Below are positions 9,704 through 18,463 of a DNA stretch of 32,000 nt, one piece after another. The notes below the pieces were generated by a model. That model searched no databases and was not told the DNA's origin. It was given only the letters and a program-made list of their open reading frames with translations. A program made the translations under genes and the position numbers. The first letter of the stretch is position 1, and each line of letters opens with the position of its first letter. Source of the DNA: Candidatus Hadarchaeota archaeon (GTDB taxonomy: Archaea; Hadarchaeota; Hadarchaeia; Hadarchaeales; Hadarchaeaceae); assembly GCA_964514965.1 (NCBI GenBank), contig CAZETV010000001.1, positions 540,788 through 572,787 of the forward strand. Direction: 5' to 3'.

Positions 9704-9922
9704 TCAGGCTTTTCCCTCCTCTTTCCAGAATAAATAGATTCTACCACTGGTTTTATGGGCGACATCCTTCCTTTCAATTGCGAGGCGCAACAGCACCCGC
9801 TGCGCTGTCTTATAAGAAATCTTCAATTTTTTGGATACTTCACTAGGCGTGACTGGTTCTCGTGAAAGTAATCGGTAAATCTTTTGCTCCCATTCGTGCC
9901 CCATCGGTCCAGCTCCACTCAA
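9704..9922 (-). CDS. Small winged-helix DNA-binding protein, possible regulator of the R-M operon
   Basis: LLSREPVTPSEVSKKLKISYKTAQRVLLRLAIERKDVAHKTSGRIYLF is wHTH-like; same strand and 16 nt upstream of the R-M gene. Confidence 0.65.
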   Translation of the reverse strand: MSGAGPMGHEWEQKIYRLLSREPVTPSEVSKKLKISYKTAQRVLLRLAIERKDVAHKTSGRIYLFWKEEGKA

Positions 9923-10024
9923 TTGTCCAATTAATTTTACGTGGTTTCGTCTTTTAAATAGATTTGCCAGAGAGGTGACCGAAAGTAATATTTAACCCCC
10001 GCCCGCATCGCCCCACTTTAATAA

Positions 10025-10894
10025 CTACTTCTTCTGCTTGAATTCGCCCCTAACGAAAAGATAAGAAACAACAAAGCCGAAAGCAAATCCAATAAGGTGA
10101 GCATTTATGTCAATTATCCCTTTACCAATTCTTAAACTCTCAGGAAAAATGAAGGCTAGGCCAAAAATGTAGATAAAAAGTATTGGGCGAAAAAACCTAT
10201 TTTCTGCATAGTGTATCTGAGCTGATTTAAAACAGGCTTTCGTTGTTGGATTTCTCAAAATTTTGATTAAAAGGCCAGAAAATGCCACGATCAAAACTAA
10301 CAAGATTACGATTTTGTGGGGAGCAGGGTCGAAGTATGTGGGGAGGACTAGGATAAAACTTAACAGCAAAACAAGGTTCATAAAACCCGAAATTCCAGTT
10401 TTCCAATTACACGATTTCTTAAGGTAATTCAAAGTAAAATAAGGGAGAATTCCAAAAAGTGCCGAAACAATCCCTGAAAATCCCATAGATTTACTGGCAG
10501 GTAATGACAGAAAAGTCTCGCTAGCAGGGATAAAATAAGAAGTGGCAGCAACCAACCACGGCAATAGACCAAAAATTATTCCCATCATCAACCAGAATTT
10601 TTTCCTTTGCCCTATTTGTTGGCTCAACAAGTAAACAGGGATTACAAACATAAAATACCAAAAATAATTCCCTACCAGATGCCCAGACTCTTCGTGGATA
10701 AAATTAGTGGTATAAAAAGAAACGAGACTTGGAGTATCGTGATGCAATATCAATTTGTCTTTTATTGAGGGCGGAAACAAAAATAGCGCCAAAAGCACAG
10801 CGGGAATTACCACGACTAACAGAAACAAATCTTTCTTGAAGTGAGGTTTCTTAAATGCCCCCAACGCTTTTTTTAACTTGCCCACCGACATCAA
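10025..10894 (-). CDS. Rhomboid-family-like intramembrane serine protease
   Basis: Multi-helix protein with FYTTNFIHEESGHLVGNYF, MGFSGIVSALFG (GxSG) and INAHLIGFAFGFVVSYLF (catalytic-His helix). Confidence 0.78.
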   Translation of the reverse strand: MMSVGKLKKALGAFKKPHFKKDLFLLVVVIPAVLLALFLFPPSIKDKLILHHDTPSLVSFYTTNFIHEESGHLVGNYFWYFMFVIPVYLLSQQIGQRKKFWLMMGIIFGLLPWLVAATSYFIPASETFLSLPASKSMGFSGIVSALFGILPYFTLNYLKKSCNWKTGISGFMNLVLLLSFILVLPTYFDPAPHKIVILLVLIVAFSGLLIKILRNPTTKACFKSAQIHYAENRFFRPILFIYIFGLAFIFPESLRIGKGIIDINAHLIGFAFGFVVSYLFVRGEFKQKK

Positions 10895-11475
10895 TGAACT
10901 TCCATCTTTTTGGTTGGTTTAGGCAGTAGTTTCAATTTTATAAGAATTTTTTCTATTTTTTCATGAATAGCTTGAAGTTTTTTGTTCAAATCGTTAAAAT
11001 ATTTGTCAGTTAATTTTTGTTCACTTAGTTTTCCCCTTCCGTCAATGTATTGTAAGCAAGCTTGGAATTTTAGGTTAGGCTCTTGTTGGTAAAAAATTGG
11101 CCCGTGCGCCCATTTGTTTCTCTCGGTTATCAATGCCCCTAAAGATTTGAAAAGCTCTTTTTGTTCGTCTTGTTTTAGGTATTTACCCACCTTCACAATC
11201 TCCTTAAAAATATCGATTTTCACTGTTAAGGGGATAGAACGAGAATTCAATATTTTTTCTGACAACACGGTTTTGAATTTCGATTTTTTAGAAATCATGC
11301 TTTTTTCAATAATCTTGTTGATGTCTTCCTCTATGCCGATAATCAACTCAATAAAATGCCCCCTGATATACTTCAAGTGGCGCATTTGTTCATTGTAATC
11401 CTTGAATTGTTCAGGCCCCATTTCCACCTTGGATTTTGGGGGAATTCGTATCCAGTGCATATGTGCTCTGGGCAT
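10891..11475 (-). CDS. Uncharacterised alpha-helical protein with HEPN-like RNxxxH motif (more likely start near 11421)
   Basis: LGALITERNKWAHGPI contains R-N-x3-H; 4-nt overlap with the rhomboid-like gene; plausible internal start MGPEQFKDYNEQMRHLKYIRGHF. Confidence 0.5.
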   Translation of the reverse strand: MPRAHMHWIRIPPKSKVEMGPEQFKDYNEQMRHLKYIRGHFIELIIGIEEDINKIIEKSMISKKSKFKTVLSEKILNSRSIPLTVKIDIFKEIVKVGKYLKQDEQKELFKSLGALITERNKWAHGPIFYQQEPNLKFQACLQYIDGRGKLSEQKLTDKYFNDLNKKLQAIHEKIEKILIKLKLLPKPTKKMEVH

Positions 11476-11563
11476 ATCTCACCCCTCCCAATTTGTCTCG
11501 TTGAACTTTATATCCTCAAAGACCGCTAGGAGCCGAGACTCAACGGACTGGTTCTCCCACTCC

Positions 11564-11758
11564 TTACGAAAACTCATCAAAATCAACCCACCTCACCCGC
11601 GCCACCAGTTTCACAAGCCACACCGTGAACTCATCCATACCTTCAAACGGGTCAAGTTTGGGAAGTTCTTGAATTAGCTTCTCCACTAACCGTTTTCTTT
11701 CCTCACCTCTGGCACGGTCGGCGCGGCGGGCGAGGCCCTTGAGTTGGCGGTAGTTCAT
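11564..11758 (-). CDS. Small conserved-looking protein of unknown function, 64 aa
   Basis: Sits 14 nt downstream of the Rad50-like gene on the same strand; charged helical N-terminus, ordered-looking C-terminus. Confidence 0.45.
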   Translation of the reverse strand: MNYRQLKGLARRADRARGEERKRLVEKLIQELPKLDPFEGMDEFTVWLVKLVARVRWVDFDEFS

Positions 11759-11772
11759 AAGGTTCGCTCCAA

Positions 11773-14175
11773 TCAGCTCTCGGCCGTTCTAACCTCGCAG
11801 AAACCTGCCTCGTTTTTGAGGCAGGTGCGCTTGACTCCCTCTGGGTCTATCGCGTTCAGGAAAGCGGGATCGTGCGACACTACGATTACCTGTTCCAGCT
11901 TGAGGGCGCCTCCCTTCATCTCCTTGACGAGGTTGGCGAGGAGCTGCCCGAGCCGCTCTCTGTTTCTATTGTCGACCCATATGGTTGGCTCGTCAAGCAC
12001 CAAAATTCGCGGAACCGATGTCTTCCAGAGGAGGTTGAGGAAGGCTACGCGGAATGCTATTGATGCCAAGACCCTCTGCCCGTGGCTTGAAATCGTATTG
12101 AAGGGTATTTTCTCACCAGTTGCGCTTAACCGGACGAGCAGAGTTTCCGTGACAAGAGTTTTTTCGCCATCTTCTTCCACCTCTTCAACCATGACCTCCA
12201 ACTCAACCATTGGCAGGTCTGACCGTGGGTAGAGCAATGGCCAAATCCACCGTAGGTTGTGATTGATCATGTCCCTGTATTCCACCAGAAGTTCGTGGAG
12301 GGATACCTTAGCTGCTTCGCATGCCAGTTTGACTTCATCGGCAAAAGCGCACGTTACTTCATGCCTCTTTTCGGCTTCAGCGAGTCTACCGTAGTAAACT
12401 CTTGCATTCTCCTCGTTTTGTTTTACGAGTTTGATCTGGGGTCCGAATCCCCCTATCTTCGTCACTATTTTCCGCAACTTTTCCTGAAGTCTTTCGTTCC
12501 GAATCCTCAACCTTATTGACCGTTCTTTTAACTTGGGCAAAAGCTTGGTTTCTCTTTTTAAAATCCTGACCTCTTGGTTTAACCTGTCGATATCTTCAAA
12601 GGTTTCCGCCAGCTGTATTTTTTCCCTAATCTCGTCTATTAACTGCTCCAACTTCTTTTCTTTTTTCTTAATTGCTTCTTCTTTTTTAAGGAGCGATGGT
12701 AGCTTCTTTCCTGCGGACTTCAAATTCCTTTCCGCCTCGGATAGCCTACTAGTAAAATCACCCAATTTTCGAAGATTGTCTGTCACTTTCTCTATTAGAG
12801 TAATAATCTCTCCAGCGTTCTTGGACTCCGCGGTTTTTTTCTTTACCTCGGCCTTGAGTTTTTTTAGGAGTTCCAGTTTTTTCCTCAAGATTCTCTCCCG
12901 CTTTTCCGAGGTGAGGCTTGTATCGCAAACGGGGCAGTTGGCTTTCGCTTTTTTAAGCATGCTCACATAGCCGCCTTGGTCCCTCGATTGGGCCTCTAAT
13001 CCGCCAATCCCTTTTGCGAGTTTCTGAAGCGCCTTTTGCTGAGATTTTTTGAAGCGATCAACGTCTTTGGCGTTCTTGAATTCAACTTTAATCCCTTTTT
13101 CTTCTAAAGACCGGATAAGAGCACGATACTCTTCAGAGCACTTTTCAATTTTTGACACGAGTTCGTCCTTTTTCCTCGTTGCGTTCTCCACCGCCCTCTT
13201 TTGCTCTATGGCGTCCGCACCAACGCTTGTCAGCCTCGTTCTCAAGCTTCTGAGCTGACCATCAATGCTTTTTTCCCTTGCTTTAAACCAGTTGGATGTT
13301 TTCTTGGGCTTGGCCTTTCCATCAACCTCTCGTCTTTTTCCGTCGATTTGCTCGTCCAATTTATTCAGGCCACCAACTTTTTGTTCTAAACCTGTGATCC
13401 TGCTTTCAAGTTTGTCATGGTTTTCTCTCAAAGTCGTGGCCACGGATTCGAGTTCAGCTTTTTTCCTTTCTTCCGCGTTTCGCTTTCGTTCTAACAGTTT
13501 TCGTTGCTTTTCATATTCTTCAGGCGGCGCCAATTTCAGGTTCTCTATATCCCGCTTAATGCGTTTGACTTCTTCCTTACATCTCTCGGACTCATCATCG
13601 AGCATCGAGAACGAACTTTTGGCGTTCGTGTAGATGCGCTGAAGGGCCTCGAATCTAAAAAGCTTGGAAAGCTTTGCCCCCACGTCTTTAGGCGCCCTTA
13701 CGGGCCAGAGGAGTTTCACGGGATCCTGTGTTTGAATCAGTATGTCTTCGAGTATCTCTTCAGTGGTTCCCAGCCGATCCATAACAAGTCGTTGCATATC
13801 GGTCTGACGACGTGCGACCTCCAGTTCGCCAACTTTTTTCAGCTCTGTTCCATCGCACATTATTGACCATTTGACCTTTTCCCCCACCAGATATTTTCTT
13901 ATTGAATATTCTTTTCCGTCTCTATCTGTTATGGTGAGGGTCGCCTCGAAGGGACCCATATCCCTCGGCTCCAAGGTGCGGTACTCATCGAATCGGCTAA
14001 CATCGATTTTCTTGTGCAGGAGATTGAAGAGGGTCAGCGTAACTATGGAGGACTTGCCGGTCGCGTTGTCGCCGAGAACTAAGTTTATCCCAGGCGAAAA
14101 TTTGACGACATTGTTCTTGTCTCCGTATCCTCTGAAATTCTTCATCTCAGCCGCGTTAATCAGACCCAACTCCAA
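11773..14175 (-). CDS. Rad50/SMC-like ATPase with zinc hook
   Basis: Walker A GDNATGKSSI, long coiled coil, hook KANCPVCDTSLT, Walker B ILVLDEPTIWVD, H-loop VVSHDPAF; atypical signature ISSHGQRVLASIAFRVAF. Confidence 0.9.
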   Translation of the reverse strand: MELGLINAAEMKNFRGYGDKNNVVKFSPGINLVLGDNATGKSSIVTLTLFNLLHKKIDVSRFDEYRTLEPRDMGPFEATLTITDRDGKEYSIRKYLVGEKVKWSIMCDGTELKKVGELEVARRQTDMQRLVMDRLGTTEEILEDILIQTQDPVKLLWPVRAPKDVGAKLSKLFRFEALQRIYTNAKSSFSMLDDESERCKEEVKRIKRDIENLKLAPPEEYEKQRKLLERKRNAEERKKAELESVATTLRENHDKLESRITGLEQKVGGLNKLDEQIDGKRREVDGKAKPKKTSNWFKAREKSIDGQLRSLRTRLTSVGADAIEQKRAVENATRKKDELVSKIEKCSEEYRALIRSLEEKGIKVEFKNAKDVDRFKKSQQKALQKLAKGIGGLEAQSRDQGGYVSMLKKAKANCPVCDTSLTSEKRERILRKKLELLKKLKAEVKKKTAESKNAGEIITLIEKVTDNLRKLGDFTSRLSEAERNLKSAGKKLPSLLKKEEAIKKKEKKLEQLIDEIREKIQLAETFEDIDRLNQEVRILKRETKLLPKLKERSIRLRIRNERLQEKLRKIVTKIGGFGPQIKLVKQNEENARVYYGRLAEAEKRHEVTCAFADEVKLACEAAKVSLHELLVEYRDMINHNLRWIWPLLYPRSDLPMVELEVMVEEVEEDGEKTLVTETLLVRLSATGEKIPFNTISSHGQRVLASIAFRVAFLNLLWKTSVPRILVLDEPTIWVDNRNRERLGQLLANLVKEMKGGALKLEQVIVVSHDPAFLNAIDPEGVKRTCLKNEAGFCEVRTAES

Positions 14176-15487
14176 GCACCCCGTTCAGTTTTTCCGTGAC
14201 CCTTTTCTTTGCAGCGGCGGATGTTTTTACCTCAGAAAAAATTTGGTAGAGTTCCTCGGGTGAGAAATGCTCCCCCGAAAAGCCGAGCTGGCGAAGCTTT
14301 TGGCAGAACCGCTCGAGAGGGGCGGAAAACATCGCACCGGCTTCCACGGCGCCACGCAGTTTTTCGAGACGTTCCAGTTCCTCTTCGGTGTATAGGTCGC
14401 TCGGGATCATCATCTCTGACCAGTTGTGTACCTTGTCCCTGTATCCGCTGGCAATCCCCTCCAAATCTAGCTCCGCCCGCTTGGTCTTAGAGGCCAGTTT
14501 CCCCGTTAAGTAAACCTTAACGCGTGGTTTTTTCTCCAACCCGTCGAGCGGGAGGTCGTTCAACACATCCAGAATTTTGTTTTTCGCCTGCCCCGCGGTT
14601 AAATTCTCGCACGTAATCCTTCGGTGGAACACCTGCCTCGCTTTCTTGAGTTCGAAAGATTTTAAGGCGATGCGATTTTCGGCCCCAATTTCAATAAGGT
14701 GCACGTATTTTCTGCCCTCTTCTTGCTGGGACACGCTGGTCGCGTTAGTGGCGCCAGGAACCAATATCTTGGTTTTAAGGTCTCCTCGTTTTTCAGCTTG
14801 GAGAGCCCCCCTGCCGTCCAAGCACGCTTTGTGGGCATGTCCCATCACCACATAATCGATATTCTGGAAGGGGCTCAAATCCACATACTCGGAAGCGGGC
14901 ACGGTTCCCTCAACCGCGTTATGGATGCACGAGATATTGACGCAACCCGTTTTGTGAGGGATGCCGCACTTTGATATCGATTCGTTGATGTAGCCCTCGG
15001 GCCTGTGGCCCGCGCCCGTTAGCAAAACTCTAGTCCCACCTTTTTTTATTACAATATGTTTCGACGCAAATTTGTTGTCGGGGTCCACATCGAGGTAGTT
15101 GACATACCCCGCCGATACGAGATGCTGAAAAGGCGGCGCAGGTGCTGGTCTTCCGATTGGGCGATCATGCGTGCCATGTATTAGAAAAACTGGTACAGCA
15201 ATGCTCACGTCTTCGGCCTCAAAATTGACTTTCCCTTCCAAAACTTCTAGGTTCGGCTTTCGGCCAGTAATGATCGAACGGAGAATTGTCGTGGCTTTAT
15301 CGTGAATCCACGGTTGGGGGTCGGTTCGGTCGTAGAAGTCCCCCGCGTGAAGTATCACATCAGCACCTGCGTTAACAAGGGTCTCTAGGCCCTCCTCAAA
15401 GGTCTCAAACGGATCCATCCGCAACTCCGGGTCTATCGAAGATGCACCCAAGTGCGTATCGGAGAGGATGCCGATTTTCAAACTCAT
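14156..15487 (-). CDS. Mre11/SbcD-like calcineurin-type nuclease
   Basis: ILSDTHLG, ILHAGDFYDRTDP, FLIHGTHDRP, CIHN, YVVMGHAHKA; overlaps the Rad50-like start by 20 nt. Confidence 0.88.
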   Translation of the reverse strand: MSLKIGILSDTHLGASSIDPELRMDPFETFEEGLETLVNAGADVILHAGDFYDRTDPQPWIHDKATTILRSIITGRKPNLEVLEGKVNFEAEDVSIAVPVFLIHGTHDRPIGRPAPAPPFQHLVSAGYVNYLDVDPDNKFASKHIVIKKGGTRVLLTGAGHRPEGYINESISKCGIPHKTGCVNISCIHNAVEGTVPASEYVDLSPFQNIDYVVMGHAHKACLDGRGALQAEKRGDLKTKILVPGATNATSVSQQEEGRKYVHLIEIGAENRIALKSFELKKARQVFHRRITCENLTAGQAKNKILDVLNDLPLDGLEKKPRVKVYLTGKLASKTKRAELDLEGIASGYRDKVHNWSEMMIPSDLYTEEELERLEKLRGAVEAGAMFSAPLERFCQKLRQLGFSGEHFSPEELYQIFSEVKTSAAAKKRVTEKLNGVLGVGSD

Positions 15488-16344
15488 TTCTTCGCCTCCT
15501 TTTGGGGCCGAAAGACTTTCTTGGCCGTTTTTCCCTCTTTCGCGAGGACTTCGTTCATGGCTTCTACAAATGCCTCCTTTATTGCTGGCTTAAGCGACTC
15601 GGCAAATATCCTCATGGTTTCTTTGAGTTCCTCTTCTCTTTGGGTTACAAGGGTCTCCATCTTTTCTTTCAGTAAAACTTCGGGGATTTGTGGTCCAGAT
15701 TTTTTGGAAATTCCACCGTAGATATCATCGGAGGTCCACTCAAAATCGCTCCTTAAATCCACGGAATCTGGCAGTTCATCGATTTTTTTAAATATTTTTT
15801 TCCTGTTCAGAATGGGGCAGTACTTGTACTTCGATCTCTTAATCTCGGAGCTTACATTTTCTTTGATTCTCTTCTTGTTCACATGAAAAATTCCCTTTTC
15901 ATCGAATTTTCCTTGTGTGATCCCTATCTCCTCAGCGCCGTATCTCGGCCCCCATAACCCCCTAACGCCAGCATTACTGAATCCAAGCCATCTGCATATG
16001 CCGTTGCAGTCTTTTTTATGATCGTAATGACAAGTAATGGCACTCAGCTCCCTATATTGAATTTTTTTTCCGTCCACCTCAACCCGAGTCGCGGACCAAC
16101 GTCCAGTCATCCCGACTAATTCACAAAAACGTTCGCTCAGCTCCGACCTTTTGGCTAGCTCCAACTTGGTTACAGCAACGATGTGCTTGCCCTCTTCTTG
16201 TTTGTAATTTGGCATCGATTTGGCCAGCTCTATTGCATCCCCTAGGGAGGGGCTCGTGGTCTTCTCCGTGAAAATCAGCTTATACTCCAATGTACTCTCC
16301 CCCACCTTACTGGTGCTGGTTGCCTGATAAATAAGAGTGAACAA
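15484..16344 (-). CDS. Uncharacterised protein with Cys/His-rich segment and C-terminal coiled coil, co-operonic with Mre11/Rad50-like genes
   Basis: ELSAITCHYDHKKDCNGICRWLGF ... KYKYCPILNRKKIFKK; 4-nt overlap with the Mre11-like gene; TTG at the listed start, so the N-terminus is uncertain. Confidence 0.7.
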   Translation of the reverse strand: MFTLIYQATSTSKVGESTLEYKLIFTEKTTSPSLGDAIELAKSMPNYKQEEGKHIVAVTKLELAKRSELSERFCELVGMTGRWSATRVEVDGKKIQYRELSAITCHYDHKKDCNGICRWLGFSNAGVRGLWGPRYGAEEIGITQGKFDEKGIFHVNKKRIKENVSSEIKRSKYKYCPILNRKKIFKKIDELPDSVDLRSDFEWTSDDIYGGISKKSGPQIPEVLLKEKMETLVTQREEELKETMRIFAESLKPAIKEAFVEAMNEVLAKEGKTAKKVFRPQKEAKK

Positions 16345-16620
16345 GAATGCCAGCCCCCGAGTGAAACATTTGGCAAATTTTTAACTGCAAAGAGGTAAAT
16401 AAGAGATCAAAACAATTGGAAACTCGAGATAGCGGAAACTACTTTTTGAAATCCTTTTTTATTTCAGGATCTTTGGAATTCAGAATATCCACCCCAATAG
16501 GTACCCGATCGCAAACCAGTAGAGGAGATCGAAGTTAAATCAGAAAAGACGCTCTATAACTAATACTTTTTGCCGACCGCATCGTTTAGTTATTTCCCCA
16601 GTTCCCCAACGACCGCTTTT

Positions 16621-16662
16621 TTGCACATAAATTCATGAATTCCGTTGCTTGCACATAAATTC
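16621..16662. repeat. 14-bp direct repeats ttgcacataaattc (16621-16634, 16649-16662) around a 12-bp palindrome aattcatgaatt (16630-16641)
   Basis: Read directly; sits immediately 5' of a tRNA 3'-end fragment. Confidence 0.7.
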
Positions 16663-16680
16663 GAGAAATGATCGACAGAA

Positions 16681-16707
16681 GGGGTTCGAATCCCGCCTGC
16701 CGCACCA
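16681..16707 (+). other. tRNA 3'-end fragment (T-arm, acceptor 3' strand and CCA), probable attachment-site remnant
   Basis: ggggttcgaatcccgcctgccgcacca: GTTCGAATC loop, 3' acceptor strand ctgccgc, discriminator A, CCA. No matching gcggcag 5' half found upstream. Confidence 0.65.
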
Positions 16708-16762
16708 TAAAATAAACTCTCATTTCACTGGTAAAATGGATAGGGGAGATTTTCCATAACTG

Positions 16763-17518
16763 TTAGAGCCTTTTCTGGATGGTACGTTCGTGAATCTTGA
16801 TGGATATAACTAAGAAGACGATTGCGAATGCTACGAGAACGGTAAGGTCCAATTCAATCGGAAAATAGCCATTGCCTTGTATAGAATGTCTTGCCAAATC
16901 TGTAAAATATGTTAAAGGAGAAATTGAAGAGACTACCTTCCCCCAGACTGGCAGTTCCCCTAGTGAAATAAAAATTCCGCTTATGAATATTAGTGGGAAT
17001 TTGATCATGGACGACAGCATCATCACGCTGGCAGGGGAGTCCGTGGGGGGGTAGGCAGATAACAATATGCTGAAAGATGCAAAACAGAATGTTGCAAGAA
17101 TAATCCCAAATCCGAGAATTAATGGATTGACTATTCCGACGCCGATGACCAAGCTGGCGATTACGGGAAATATGGAAACAATGATTCCAAAAGAGAACGA
17201 AGAAAAAATGTCGCCTAGGAAAATTGTCCAGATGGAGATGGGAGAGGATACGAGTCGTTCTAGAGTTTTGGCTCTTGCCTCCCAAGGAACAATGACTGGG
17301 CCAACAGAGGTAGCAGTGAAAAAAACTGTCATTCCAAGTAATCCTGGTATGAGTGCTTCAGCTGGCATGTTTCGTCCAATGTAGAATGCCAGAAAAAGAA
17401 AGAAGGGTAAGAGAAGCCCAAAAATAATTACTGGTCCCTTTGAGTAGTAGATGCGTACGTTCTTCTTGGCGATTGCAAGAGACCGTCTAAACTGCTCCAG
17501 ATAAAAATAGCTTTTCAT
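16763..17518 (-). CDS. ABC-2 type transporter permease
   Basis: Six hydrophobic segments; VIVPWEARAKTLERLVSSPISIWTIFLGDI and GIFISLGELPVWGKVVSSISPLTYFTDLAR are typical of ABC-2 permeases. Confidence 0.9.
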   Translation of the reverse strand: MKSYFYLEQFRRSLAIAKKNVRIYYSKGPVIIFGLLLPFFLFLAFYIGRNMPAEALIPGLLGMTVFFTATSVGPVIVPWEARAKTLERLVSSPISIWTIFLGDIFSSFSFGIIVSIFPVIASLVIGVGIVNPLILGFGIILATFCFASFSILLSAYPPTDSPASVMMLSSMIKFPLIFISGIFISLGELPVWGKVVSSISPLTYFTDLARHSIQGNGYFPIELDLTVLVAFAIVFLVISIKIHERTIQKRL

Positions 17519-17533
17519 TAGAGCATCACCTTT

Positions 17534-18463
17534 CTAACCCTCTTTCACAAGTTTAAGAAACACATCTTCCAAGGTGGGTGCGAGTGTGTTGAGGGTGATT
17601 ATTTTAAGTTTTTTTGAACGCGCAAAATTAACCAAGTGATCTAAGACTGCACTTGGCTCATCCACATACAGCCTCATCTTGTCTCCCATCTTTTTCACTT
17701 CCATAACGTCGTGAATCTTTGACAACTCATCAACGCGGATTGTCCTGTCAAAGCTGACTTCAATCGACTGCAATCTGCTACTTCTCATCCGGAGTTTTTC
17801 CGGACTGTCGATTGCCGCGATTTTGCCGTGGTTGATAACTGCTACTCTATCGCAAAGCTGATTGGCTTCTTCCATGTTGTGTGTTGTTAAGAAAACGGTT
17901 GCACCACTTTTATTGAAATCACGAATCATGTCTTTTATAAGTCGTTGGCTCTCTACATCCAGACCAGAGGTTGGTTCATCCAAGAAGAGAATCTCGGGCT
18001 TATTTATTAGAGCCATGCATAGCAGTAGTTTCTGTTTCATCCCTCTTGAAAAGCCTTTAACAAGTTGGTTTCTTCGGTCGTAGAGTCCAAATTCTTTTAG
18101 AAGCTTGCTTGCTCTTTCTTGTCTTTCCTTTTTAGGAACTCCGTATAATTCCCCAATTAGCATGAGATTATTCCAAGCTGAGAGGTCAACGTACGCATTC
18201 GCCATCTCGGGAACGATGCCCATCATTTGTTTAGCCTTAAGCCCTTCTCTTAAGATGTCATAACCCAATATGGAAGCCGTACCATCATCTGGCTTAATTA
18301 TACCAGTGAGCATCCGGATAGTAGTGGTCTTACCTGCAGCATTTGGTCCTAAAAAACCAAAAAGTTCTCCTTTCCGCACCTGAAAACTGATGCGATCAAC
18401 AGCCGCCAACTCGCCAAAATGCTTTGTTAGATCTGAAACTTCTACGGCATTGTCAGTGTTCAT
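17534..18463 (-). CDS. ABC transporter ATP-binding protein (DrrA/CcmA-like)
   Basis: Walker A GPNAAGKTTT, signature FSRGMKQKL, Walker B EILFLDEPTSGLD, H-loop TTHN. Confidence 0.95.
   Translation of the reverse strand: MNTDNAVEVSDLTKHFGELAAVDRISFQVRKGELFGFLGPNAAGKTTTIRMLTGIIKPDDGTASILGYDILREGLKAKQMMGIVPEMANAYVDLSAWNNLMLIGELYGVPKKERQERASKLLKEFGLYDRRNQLVKGFSRGMKQKLLLCMALINKPEILFLDEPTSGLDVESQRLIKDMIRDFNKSGATVFLTTHNMEEANQLCDRVAVINHGKIAAIDSPEKLRMRSSRLQSIEVSFDRTIRVDELSKIHDVMEVKKMGDKMRLYVDEPSAVLDHLVNFARSKKLKIITLNTLAPTLEDVFLKLVKEG

Noticed and set aside
10891-11475. Treating the HEPN-like gene as a classical HEPN/MNT toxin-antitoxin pair
   Set aside because: No nucleotidyltransferase (GSxxxGxxxxxSDxD-like) antitoxin gene is adjacent; the coupled partner is rhomboid-like.
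11872-13866. Several plus-strand ORFs antisense to the Rad50-like gene
   Set aside because: Ser/Phe-rich translations typical of the reverse strand of a Lys/Glu-rich coiled coil; no domain signatures.
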